64,000 nucleotides of DNA from Candidatus Nomurabacteria bacterium. GTDB taxonomy: Bacteria; Patescibacteriota; Minisyncoccia; Phycocordibacterales; UBA9973. The position numbers were made by a program, and so were the translations under genes. Position 1 is the first letter of the stretch. Each line of letters opens with the position of its first letter. The DNA is taken from positions 12,292 to 76,291 of the forward strand of contig JBPOHQ010000007.1 in the NCBI GenBank assembly GCA_052035405.1, given 5' to 3'. The notes beneath the pieces were generated by a model that worked only from the letters and a program-made list of their open reading frames with translations, made no database searches and was not told where the DNA came from. Below, in pieces: positions 8,201 to 14,727 of this stretch.

Positions 8201-10232
8201 AGTAGGCGCAAGAAGTTTCTTTAATGGTACTAGTGGAGGTTCTGGCGGGGGAGGGTCCGCTACAAACAATGGAGGTACTGGTACATCTGGACAAGGTAAT
8301 AGTGGTGGAAACGGTGCTACTGGAAGTTATAAAGCTGGTGGTGGAGGAGGGGGTGCTACTGCTACCGGATCAAATGCTGGAGCATCCGATAATGGTGCAA
8401 ATGGCGGAGCGGGCATATCTAGCTCAATTACAGGAATATCTACTACTTATGCTGGTGGTGGTGCAGGAGGAGCTAAGAACAGTAACTATAACGGCGGTAC
8501 TGGTGGAACTGGCGGAGGGGGAAATGGTAGCGGAGTAAATGGATGTACCGCCGGAGCAGCAAATAAGGGCGGAGGCGGAGGCGGTGCAAGGGGCGGATCT
8601 GACCCTTGTGATGGGGGTAAGGGTGTAGTAATTATTGCTTACAAATCCGATGGCACTGATGGAGTATCATCTTCATCAACTGGTGGAACCATTACAACAT
8701 CAGGAGGATATCAAATACATCAATTCAATAGCAATGGTACTTTTGGTTCTGTTCTAAGTAATTACAATTCTCCAAGTAATAATAATCCAGTCATTACTTT
8801 GACCGGGCAGAGCGTGCTTAATGTCGCCGTCAACAGTACTTGGACCGAACCAGGCTATAGTGCCAGTGATACAGAAGACGGGAACTTGACTTCAAATGTT
8901 GTGGTGACTGGTTCGGTGGATACAGCAACCCCAGGTGTATACAACCTAGTGTACAGTGTTGTTGATTCAGGCAATGCTTCTGCTATAACAAAAGTTAGAA
9001 CTGTGTTAGTAAGTAATTCAGTTAGCACTACTAATTACTCTTACGATAACAATGGCAATATGCTTACCCAAACCAACGGTCTATCAAATACTTGGAATTA
9101 CAAAAACCAACTTACTCAGGCAGTAAAAGGAGGAGTTACTAGTACATACACCTACGATTACACAGGACAGAGAGTAAAGCTTGGAAATGGTACTACTACT
9201 ACCGTATATCCAAGTATGTATTACAGTACTGATGGAACTACAAAAACAAAGAGTGTTTATATTGGTGGAACACAAGTTGCTACTATAGAAACTGTTGGCT
9301 CTACCACAACTCCATACTATATACACACAGATCACTTAAATTCTATAAATGTAGTATCTGATAACACTGGAGCTAAGGTTGAATTACTAGATTACTATCC
9401 TTATGGAAGCACACGCATATCTTCTGGTTCATACACAAATCAAAAGCAATACATTGGGCAATACTACGATACAAACACCTCGTTAAATTATCTAAATGCA
9501 AGGTATTATCACAATACAAATGGACAATTTATATCTCAAGATCTAATGTTTTGGACATTACCCCAAGAATTACTTTTTGATCCACAACTACAAAATTCTT
9601 ACAGCTATGCAAGTAACAACCCTATAATCAATAGCGACCCGAGTGGACTTATAAGTAAGTCAGACTTTTCTCCGGGCAACATTGCAAATAGGATTAACAA
9701 CATCCTTAACTCTTATTTTGGAAAGAGTCAAAATCAAAATAGTCAAATTGTTAGCCCAATACAGACAAAACAAAATACAAATGTAAGTCAATTAACTGAT
9801 AATAAAATGGGTTCAGTTGATTATGGACAATATAATGTAACATCAACTAATCTACGCAACCGCCTGGATAAATTTGCCAATGATACCAATCAGAATATAA
9901 TTGTAACTTCAGGAGATCGCTCTTCTGAAAGAAACAAATTAGTTGGTGGCGCAAATGCAAGTAGGCACTTGAATGGTGACGCTGCAGATATTAAGGTGAA
10001 TGGTGTTCAAAATGAACAATTGTCATATATGGCAAATGCATCTGGATTATTTAATACAACTATTTATTATCCTGTAGTAGATTTACCGAAAGCACTTGCT
10101 CCTCACGTTCATGTCGACTTAAACCCCGCAAACAATAACATTTTAAGGATATATGTTCCTTATATGAAAGGTGATTCTATCGTGAATGATTATAAGCCCC
10201 TAATTAACCCCTTAATAAGGGGTAAGCAATAA
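2271..10232 (+). CDS. Sec-secreted giant polymorphic toxin (WapA-like / fused TcB-TcC-like architecture): signal peptide, acidic S/T/P-rich linker, SpvB-like domain, FG-GAP/VCBS beta-propeller repeats, RHS/YD-repeat shell, Ig-like and Gly-rich insertions, RHS core with DPxGL, C-terminal peptidase-M15 (MepK/YcbK-like) toxin domain
   Basis: 2653-aa ORF. N-terminal MKSHF...FAQE signal. SpvB-like LPNIGFPSVDKASGGLSYSYPLTLPPGRNGLDP. Repeated DxNxDGxxD motifs (DLNDDGLPDV, VDLNADGLTDL, IDINGDDLPDF, VDYNGDGLVDI, ADINGDGMIDI, GDFDGDGMIDR). More than 15 YD repeats (YTYDxxGNL...). RHS core YYIHTDHLNS...DYYPYG...ARYYHNTNGQFISQD...DPSGL. Confidence 0.9.
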   Translation: MKSHFVSGYILKKFLSVFLIVSFFMAPLAPIFAQEATLDNSAPVSTESSSPVVLDILPSVDTLTVTSNETTIDASPQIDTTPVDTPTDVITDPKDEKPIEEVPVDEVPVEEEPEMMMSMMGGTGGFLGDTRDLPNIGFPSVDKASGGLSYSYPLTLPPGRNGLDPKLALEYSSQENDQGNLFGYGWNINIPYIKRINKTGIEKLYTDNYFYSSLSGELVLVSGTTYAPKVEDGRFLTYTFDGTYWTVKSKDGSVYKFGYNAGARQNNSGDTKTFKWMLEEERDTNNNYIKYEYYKNGGQIYPDTISYTGNASTDGIFTVVFSRASRNDAVTQDFGVFDVTTSYRISEIQANINGTWARKYTLGYSNGDNSQRSLLTNITEAGQDESSNTTTLSPVEFTYQVATTSSADFVTDSAWSTAASSTINTNPSYGTIVADLNDDGLPDVMESWRGANDVWYKGTYLNDGDGTWTQDTNLTPPIEFAGNSPLNEFGIRSVDLNADGLTDLVQSYSNGPGQSNTIQRVYINTGTSWSLDTSWQPSCFFLGWPQGDSGCRLIDINGDDLPDFVNAVGDNNGNSPITTSVYLNTGSGWSSSSGWSIPVDLRFGVMLVDYNGDGLVDILKGYKNPDANPAIYIQEAYKNNGDKTWSSDSAYTPPVYFAVQTNGSSLPVGTGIQLADINGDGMIDILRGSETTDGAYLNKGNGWHLTTNWDFGHGSVPVTSASPVRFGDFDGDGMIDRYETSGSGGATMQKNQNVKADLMSTVKNQYGGVTTVTYKGSPKYTSGGSILNPDLPFILMTVYQTSTDSGFGNSNIVNTYSYEGGDYYYNTITDRRFSGFNKISVSDGTTKTTTFYHQGNATDSSNGEYSDHSSKIGKVYRVETSDTSGNVYKKVVNKWDKYNQGTGRDFVKPVRSTVLTYDGDSDHKDIAEEYTYDNTYGNLTDKIMWGEVTGSNDGSFTDTGSDKYTESISYTANTTDYIVGLPYQDTVVDQSSNKVRESKTYYDTQSLGTVTDGNITKVERWKTGSTYVNTQKAYNTTYGIPTSSTDERGKTTTYSYDLYNLYPATVTNPLSQAVSYTYDYSLGKPKQFTDQNSFVYQTVYDGLDRVKEEKVPDLSSPYSPITKTAYTYTDTSGSIAVQKTAYLDGSNTALSYTYFDKLNRPIQTRVENESDYNVKDFLYNAAGLLQKESLPYSSSGTAITTANSTASLYHNFTYDPLQRISTQVNNVGTTSYAYDDWKTSITDPNTKLKHYYKDAYDNLIRVDETNSGSTYSTYYEWNGNKLLTKITDALSNIRSFTYNGLGRRLTAEDIHASADGTYGTWTYTYDDAGNLTQSVNPNSQTVNYTYNDINQVLTENYTGDTGTEITYTYGGCTNGTGKLCSINMLNGADTDYTYNSNGGIASEVKTISSTGYTTSYTYDRQSNILEITNPDSSKVKYNFNTAGTMETIQRKESGDASYTNVITDMDYGPHGKNTYREFLNGINTTNTFDATKLYRLTRINTINPNDTSSGSPTTTTFYANSSGDGHIEAYNSNWDTVHDNTAGSYISRTATTNEVQVRRHSGNYYIFREFLPFDTSSLPDNASISATDLSIYITDKSNVDNDGDDFVTVVQTSQASTSELDYEDFDQAGAVNNPTEGVATSDRKDITSISNGWLAFPLNSTGRSWISTTGYTKLGLREGHDVLDNTITNFDDDNDVNSIKFRSANYSGTSSDPKLDVTYTIPVATDFQDINYTYDANGNITQIVDSSDTNASKTVVYTYDDLNRMLTATATGVAGGQSTYTHTYTYNATGNITSSPFGTYDYSSSGFANPHAVTSIVNALNNNPVITLTGSDLIYLNLGDSWTEPGYSATDAEDGNLTSSVTVTGSVDTNTLGVYKLIYNVTDSSGLPAAGVARTISVRQPYNPKVKTLVVAGGGAGGAGDGYSGGGGGGAGGVIEDNAFGVTAQNYSITVGDGGRVTYAESGSNSVFSTLTAVGGGVGARSFFNGTSGGSGGGGSATNNGGTGTSGQGNSGGNGATGSYKAGGGGGGATATGSNAGASDNGANGGAGISSSITGISTTYAGGGAGGAKNSNYNGGTGGTGGGGNGSGVNGCTAGAANKGGGGGGARGGSDPCDGGKGVVIIAYKSDGTDGVSSSSTGGTITTSGGYQIHQFNSNGTFGSVLSNYNSPSNNNPVITLTGQSVLNVAVNSTWTEPGYSASDTEDGNLTSNVVVTGSVDTATPGVYNLVYSVVDSGNASAITKVRTVLVSNSVSTTNYSYDNNGNMLTQTNGLSNTWNYKNQLTQAVKGGVTSTYTYDYTGQRVKLGNGTTTTVYPSMYYSTDGTTKTKSVYIGGTQVATIETVGSTTTPYYIHTDHLNSINVVSDNTGAKVELLDYYPYGSTRISSGSYTNQKQYIGQYYDTNTSLNYLNARYYHNTNGQFISQDLMFWTLPQELLFDPQLQNSYSYASNNPIINSDPSGLISKSDFSPGNIANRINNILNSYFGKSQNQNSQIVSPIQTKQNTNVSQLTDNKMGSVDYGQYNVTSTNLRNRLDKFANDTNQNIIVTSGDRSSERNKLVGGANASRHLNGDAADIKVNGVQNEQLSYMANASGLFNTTIYYPVVDLPKALAPHVHVDLNPANNNILRIYVPYMKGDSIVNDYKPLINPLIRGKQ
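2650..3130 (+). other. SpvB/TcB N-terminal-like domain of the RHS protein
   Basis: Motifs SYSYPLTLPPGRNGLDPKLALEYSS...GYGWNINIPYI. Confidence 0.6.
3540..4500 (+). other. FG-GAP/VCBS-type beta-propeller repeat region (six or more DxNxDGxxD blades)
   Basis: Calcium-binding-like loops recur every ~50-60 aa. Confidence 0.6.
5040..6560 (+). other. RHS/YD-repeat shell, main block (further YD repeats at 7450-7640 and 9030-9200)
   Basis: YxYDxxGNL/TxxxD repeats throughout. Confidence 0.8.
7731..7970 (+). other. Ig-like (DUF5011/HYR-like) domain, copy 1
   Basis: NNNPVITLTGSDLIYLNLGDSWTEPGYSATDAEDGNLTSSVTVTGSVDT...; paralogous to 8779-9012. Confidence 0.5.
7995..8650 (+). other. Gly-rich low-complexity insertion (GGxGG/GGGGGG blocks, ~215 aa) inside the RHS protein
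   Basis: Runs of GGT/GGA/GGC codons; ends ...CDGGKGVVIIAYKSDG. Confidence 0.7.
8779..9012 (+). other. Ig-like (DUF5011/HYR-like) domain, copy 2
   Basis: NNNPVITLTGQSVLNVAVNSTWTEPGYSASDTEDGNLTSNVVVTGSVDT...; about 70 % nt identity to copy 1 by eye. Confidence 0.5.
9030..9650 (+). other. RHS repeat-associated core domain ending in the DPxGL aspartyl-autoprotease motif (DPSGL at 9636-9650)
   Basis: YYIHTDHLNS, DYYPYG, LNARYYHNTNGQFISQD, DPSGL. Confidence 0.8.
9651..10229 (+). other. C-terminal toxin domain: peptidase M15A / DUF882 (MepK/YcbK-like murein peptidase) fold
   Basis: TSGDRSSERNKLVGGANASRHLNGDAADI (9909-9992) matches the SGYRSxxxNxxVGGAxxSxHxxGxAxDI signature; HVHVD (10104-10118) supplies the HxH zinc ligands. 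Confidence 0.7.
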
Positions 10233-10233
10233 T

Positions 10234-10830
10234 ATGAAAACCAAACACATAATAATTGTAATTTTATTCGTGATTATAACTTCATACTTATTACTTAATA
10301 ATAAATTTGGAAAAGTTGCGAATAGCTGGAAATTTCAAAAGGTTATTGGGCAAACAATATTCTTTTCGAATAATCAACAATTTAATATTAACTTGTATGA
10401 CCTAAAATACGTCGGGCAACTATCTTCAGGCAAAGATAATCCGTTTTTTATAGTTTCAGGTAGAACTTGTCATAATTGTGACGAGAATCTAGCTATATAT
10501 ATATATTCTCCTAAAATAGGACTTATTAAAGAAAATAACGAACCTATAAGGTATTCATACCCAGGGAAAGAATATGATTACTCAAACAATAAACTTATTT
10601 TCGAATCCAGAATGTTCTATGGCCAGTGCTTAGATAAAAACAGTAGTTCAATTATTTGGTTTCAAAAGGAACTTGGCTCAAATGAAGTTTACAAAGAAAG
10701 TGCATTTGCTTTAGAGGTTATAGGAGAAAATATAAAAGAATCAATCAAAAAAGATACTGATTTGAGTATAGAACAAATCATAAAAAATTGTAACGAATTA
10801 CCAGGTGTTGACGTTACTACTCAACCTTAA
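10234..10830 (+). CDS. Candidate cognate immunity protein (N-terminal membrane anchor, extracytoplasmic Cys-containing domain)
   Basis: Starts 2 nt after the RHS stop codon; MKTKHIIIVILFVIITSYLLL anchor; no recognisable family. Confidence 0.5.
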   Translation: MKTKHIIIVILFVIITSYLLLNNKFGKVANSWKFQKVIGQTIFFSNNQQFNINLYDLKYVGQLSSGKDNPFFIVSGRTCHNCDENLAIYIYSPKIGLIKENNEPIRYSYPGKEYDYSNNKLIFESRMFYGQCLDKNSSSIIWFQKELGSNEVYKESAFALEVIGENIKESIKKDTDLSIEQIIKNCNELPGVDVTTQP

Positions 10831-10996
10831 AGCATAAAGGCATCAGGAGCCTTTTCTGAAATAGAATTAAAAATTTTATGAAAAACTTACTTTCAAAAAT
10901 CCTAATCCTGCTCTTCCTACTTGCCCCACTTCAACCCCTCTTCGCCTCTGAATCTCAACCAGAGACCCTTGTCACATATATTTGATTTACCGTTTG

Positions 10997-11043
10997 TTTT
11001 CTTCTAATATAGTTCTTCGAACGTTATCCCAAGTTCGGAGCAA
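10997..11043 (+). repeat. Copy B of the ~46-bp direct repeat (see 231-276)
   Basis: ttttcttctaatatagttcttcgaacgttatcccaagttcggagcaa; perfect 5-bp stem cgaac/gttcg around the loop gttatcccaa. Confidence 0.7.
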
Positions 11044-11120
11044 AGAAGTTATTATTGTATTATAATAAGATTTTATATTGTGCGTGTTATATTTTTCATT
11101 GAATCACTAAAAAATAATTT

Positions 11121-11651
11121 ATGAACTACATCTATCATTGGGTTCCAAAAGATATGCAAGGAGATGTGCTTTTCCCTTTGAATGCACTTAAAAAGACGCA
11201 TCCTGATTTGTATAAGAAACAAGCAAGTAAATATGTCGGACGAGAACAAATAATGCAATACAGGCTTCCTGTGTTGAATTGTTTATGGAACGACGTATTG
11301 CATTTTTCTCCTGTTCATCCATCAGAAGTGAAACAGGCCTTGATTGAGGCGGGTAGAAAAAAGCCTTTTGATGTTGAATTTTTTGAAATAGATCCACATC
11401 TTTTAAATCCTGAAAACACAATTGTTTATTTATACAAAGACAGCAGTATAATCGATAAGACAGAGGAAAATAATTTTGTAAAGTATAATCCTGAAGATAT
11501 AGCTCAATATTCTGTATTGCCAAAGGAAACTAAGGATTATTATAAAGAAATGCTTTCTCAAGGTAAAAACCCTCTATTATTTCATCGAGTACCACACATC
11601 CTTTTCAAGGGTTCACTTAATACGTTAAAAATTAAAAGAATGAAATTCTAA
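11121..11651 (+). CDS. Hypothetical cytoplasmic protein
   Basis: 176-aa ORF, no family recognised. Confidence 0.45.
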   Translation: MNYIYHWVPKDMQGDVLFPLNALKKTHPDLYKKQASKYVGREQIMQYRLPVLNCLWNDVLHFSPVHPSEVKQALIEAGRKKPFDVEFFEIDPHLLNPENTIVYLYKDSSIIDKTEENNFVKYNPEDIAQYSVLPKETKDYYKEMLSQGKNPLLFHRVPHILFKGSLNTLKIKRMKF

Positions 11652-11791
11652 ACCGTCGCAATCGTCGTATTTAAAACTAACACGCTAATGACCGGGGAAT
11701 GAGAGTCCTTTAGATACTGTAATTATCTTCCCTAGATTATTTATCTGATTTACTGTAGAATAGTATTATCTTACTAATTTAATAAAAATAT

Positions 11792-11923
11792 ATGGCAAAA
11801 AGAAATACAACATTAAGTCCAAAGAAGCCTTCTCGAAGATCTCATAAGACCAAGAAAAGACTTGCAATCAAACACACCATGCTTGCAAAAAAAGCAGCTC
11901 GACCAAAGAATAAGAAGAAATAA
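11792..11923 (+). CDS. Small highly basic protein (43 aa, K/R-rich; ribosomal-protein-like or nucleic-acid-binding)
   Basis: MAKRNTTLSPKKPSRRSHKTKKRLAIKHTMLAKKAARPKNKKK; a clean terminator follows; absent from the ORF track because of its size. Confidence 0.35.
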   Translation: MAKRNTTLSPKKPSRRSHKTKKRLAIKHTMLAKKAARPKNKKK

Positions 11924-11933
11924 TTTCCAAAAA

Positions 11934-11955
11934 ACACCCCGATGAGGGTGTTTTT
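11934..11955 (+). terminator. Rho-independent terminator (acaccc-cgatga-gggtgt + T5)
   Basis: Perfect 6-bp stem followed by a T-run. Confidence 0.6.
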
Positions 11956-11974
11956 GTTTATGGTATAATCACGC

Positions 11975-12793
11975 TTGTTTATGACTCATAAAAATTTTCA
12001 AAAAACAGTCTGGGATTTTTATAAAGAAAATAAAAGGGATTTACCTTGGCGACCAAAGAAGGGGAGAAAAGTAACCTCGTATGAAATATTAGTCTCTGAG
12101 TACATGCTTCAACAAACACAAGTAGATAGAGTAGTTCCAAAATTTATTGAATTTACAAAACATTTCCCAAACTTTCAAACTTTAGCAAAAGCAAAAGATA
12201 AAGATGTTCTCCGTTTTTGGTCTGGACTTGGATACAATCGTCGTGCTTTATACTTAAAAAGTACAGTAAAAAATATACATGAAAAGTATGCTGATATTGT
12301 GCCTAGAGAGAAAGAAACTTTAAAAACATTTCCTGGAGTGGGTGACTATATGGCTGCTGTATTGCCGGTATTTTTATATAACCAAAAAGAAGTACTTATT
12401 GAAACAAATGTTCGTACAGTCTACCTATACCATTTCTTTAAAGATGCTGTAGGTGTGTCAGATAAAGATATAGGTCTTATGATTCAAAAGACGTTACCAG
12501 AGAAAGATTTTCGAGAATGGTATTATGCGTTAATGGATTATGGTTCGTATCTAAAAAAAGAGAAGAAAGTAAATAATAAAAATCATCAAGCGTATACAAA
12601 ACAAAAACCATTTAAAGGTTCTCTCAGGTATGTACGAGGGCGACTGGTAAAAATTCTACTTACACAAAAGATATGGAGAGAAGAAGTGTATGCACTATTT
12701 CCGAATTACACAAAAGAACAGATAGATAAAGTAGTTGTGCAACTTTTATCTGAAAAATTTATAAAAGAAAATAAAAAGTATTTTTATCTTTGA
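11975..12793 (+). CDS. HhH-GPD base-excision DNA glycosylase (MutY/Nth family); likely true start is ATG at 11981
   Basis: [16 protein letters not shown]...[11 protein letters not shown]...[11 protein letters not shown] helix-hairpin-helix motifs; no C-terminal 4-Cys cluster seen. Confidence 0.7.
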   Translation: MFMTHKNFQKTVWDFYKENKRDLPWRPKKGRKVTSYEILVSEYMLQQTQVDRVVPKFIEFTKHFPNFQTLAKAKDKDVLRFWSGLGYNRRALYLKSTVKNIHEKYADIVPREKETLKTFPGVGDYMAAVLPVFLYNQKEVLIETNVRTVYLYHFFKDAVGVSDKDIGLMIQKTLPEKDFREWYYALMDYGSYLKKEKKVNNKNHQAYTKQKPFKGSLRYVRGRLVKILLTQKIWREEVYALFPNYTKEQIDKVVVQLLSEKFIKENKKYFYL

Positions 12794-13299
12794 TTATATA
12801 CTATACTATATGTATGTTAAAAAAAGCAGTGTTTGCAGGAGGATGTTTCTGGGGTCTCGAGGATCTTATTAGAAAACAACCTGGGGTAGTACATACAGAA
12901 GTCGGATATACTGGTGGTTCTGTAAAAAATCCTACGTATGATAATCATACAGGTCACGCTGAAGCCGTCGAGATAGAATACGATGATACTCTCACCTCAT
13001 ATAAACAACTTTTAAATTTCTTTTTTCAAATACATAATCCAACGACGTTTAATAGACAGGGAAATGACATAGGAGATTCGTATCGTTCAGCTATTTTTTA
13101 TGCAAATGAAACAGAAAAGAAAGAAGCAGAGGACTTTATAAAAATTGTGAACGACTCAAAAAGATGGAAAGATCCAGTTGTGACAACATTAGAACCACTA
13201 GGTATTTTTTACAAAGCAGAGGAGTATCATCAGGACTATCTAGTTAAAAATCCAGGAGGATATACGTGTCACGCTATTTATTTTGATAGTTATATTTAA
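12790..13299 (+). CDS. msrA: Peptide methionine sulfoxide reductase MsrA
   Basis: [10 protein letters not shown] active-site motif. Confidence 0.85.
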   Translation: MIIYYTICMLKKAVFAGGCFWGLEDLIRKQPGVVHTEVGYTGGSVKNPTYDNHTGHAEAVEIEYDDTLTSYKQLLNFFFQIHNPTTFNRQGNDIGDSYRSAIFYANETEKKEAEDFIKIVNDSKRWKDPVVTTLEPLGIFYKAEEYHQDYLVKNPGGYTCHAIYFDSYI

Positions 13300-13381
13300 T
13301 TGTTGATGGGTATTATATTTCTGTAAATTGTTTAAACATGATATTATTTTAATAATATTATTATTAATTTTTGTAAAAAAT

Positions 13382-13783
13382 ATGTTAAAAGGATTTAAGC
13401 AATTTATATTAAGAGGGAATGTGGTGGACTTAGCCGTTGGTGTTGTTATCGGAGCATCTTTTAGTGCTGTTGTTGCAGCATTGGTTGAAAACATTCTTAC
13501 TCCATTGTTAGGTGCACTTATTAAAGTACCGGATTTTTCTGGATTGTTTTTTACCATAAATAACAGCAAATTCATGTATGGTAATTTTTTAAATGCATTC
13601 TTTTCTTTCGTATTAGTAGCTGCTGCAATCTATTTCTTTGTTATAACTCCTTTGAATACACTTATTTCAAAGTCCAAGAAAGAAGCACCGCTCGATCCTA
13701 CAACTAAAAAATGTCCTCGATGTATGAGTGAGATATCAATACAAGCGACCAAGTGTGCTTTTTGTACTGCTGATATTAACTAA
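13382..13783 (+). CDS. mscL: Large-conductance mechanosensitive channel MscL with a C-terminal CxxC...CxxC zinc-ribbon extension
   Basis: MLKGFKQFILRGNVVDLAVGVVIGASF...; C-terminal KKCPRCMSEISIQATKCAFCTADIN. Confidence 0.8.
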   Translation: MLKGFKQFILRGNVVDLAVGVVIGASFSAVVAALVENILTPLLGALIKVPDFSGLFFTINNSKFMYGNFLNAFFSFVLVAAAIYFFVITPLNTLISKSKKEAPLDPTTKKCPRCMSEISIQATKCAFCTADIN

Positions 13784-14655
13784 CCTTTCTTTTTTAATGG
13801 CAACTCAACAAAAAAAGTAGTTCCTCTGTTTACACCTTTGGATTTAGCGTAAATACGTCCCTTATGTCTTGCAATGACTTGTTTTGATAAGTATAGTTTC
13901 AACCCCATTCCGTCAGGATTCATAAGTACGGCTCTTTTGTTTCTATAAAATTTTGAGAAAATACGCATCTTATCTACTAAACCAAGTCCCATACCTGTAT
14001 CACCCACAAACAAAGTGATTGTATTTCCTTTCAGGATTGAATCAACTCCTACTTCACCATTTTTTGGTGTATAAAATATAGCATTTTCAACTAAGGCGTC
14101 TATAACAAATGTTATCTTTTTTATATCCAAAGTTAAGAGTGGAATATCTTTAAATGTAGATACTTGAAATTTAAGATTCTTTTTATTTATTTCCTCTCTG
14201 TATTTAACTATTGATTTTTCAACTACATCTCTTATCGAGATAGCTTCAAAGAAATAACTAGAGGTATTATTCAGATTTTTTATTCCAGCCACTAAATCTA
14301 CTATTTCAAGCACTTTGTTTGTTGCATTTGTTGTATTTTGGAGGTAAAGCATTTTCTCGCTCTGGGGCATATCTCTCTCGAGTTCTTTTAAGAGCCACAT
14401 TATTCTGGTCAAGGGGGTTCTGAATGTGTGGTTTACTATAGAAGTAAATTCATATTCTATATTTTTCACCTTAAGGTTTAGATAGATAAAGCTTATGCCT
14501 ATAACTATGACACTGATGAGGCATATGAGTGGTATTAAATAGATAGGTAGTCCATAAATTATGGAAAACGATTCATACTTATATAATAAATAAAATATAC
14601 CCAAAAGGTATGCAAAGAAAAATAAACCCTTGAGTAATTGACCAATTTTTTTCAT
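13780..14655 (-). CDS. Membrane sensor histidine kinase (HisKA + HATPase_c), orphan
   Basis: H-box HTFRTPLTRIMWLLKEL; G-box GDTGMGLG; N-terminal transmembrane helices. Confidence 0.75.
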   Translation of the reverse strand: MKKIGQLLKGLFFFAYLLGIFYLLYKYESFSIIYGLPIYLIPLICLISVIVIGISFIYLNLKVKNIEYEFTSIVNHTFRTPLTRIMWLLKELERDMPQSEKMLYLQNTTNATNKVLEIVDLVAGIKNLNNTSSYFFEAISIRDVVEKSIVKYREEINKKNLKFQVSTFKDIPLLTLDIKKITFVIDALVENAIFYTPKNGEVGVDSILKGNTITLFVGDTGMGLGLVDKMRIFSKFYRNKRAVLMNPDGMGLKLYLSKQVIARHKGRIYAKSKGVNRGTTFFVELPLKKKG

Positions 14656-14727
14656 GTTTGTATTATACTCTTTTTTGAAAAACTGAGAAAGTGTTTAAGT
14701 TATTATTTTGATATAATTAAGTTGTAT

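Noticed and set aside
8224-8538. 104-aa + ORF inside the RHS gene
   Set aside because: Alternative frame of the Gly-codon-rich tract; the main frame is continuous and domain-bearing.
13240-13575. Minus-strand 111-aa ORF
   Set aside because: Antisense to mscL and the msrA 3' end; spurious.
13780-14655. Orphan histidine kinase as part of a novel system
   Set aside because: No adjacent response regulator, but orphan kinases are common; nothing unusual seen beyond that.
14638-14727. Upstream extension of the manC ORF
   Set aside because: Would overlap the convergent histidine kinase gene by ~20 codons; the internal ATG at 14728 or 14737 gives a canonical ManC N-terminus.
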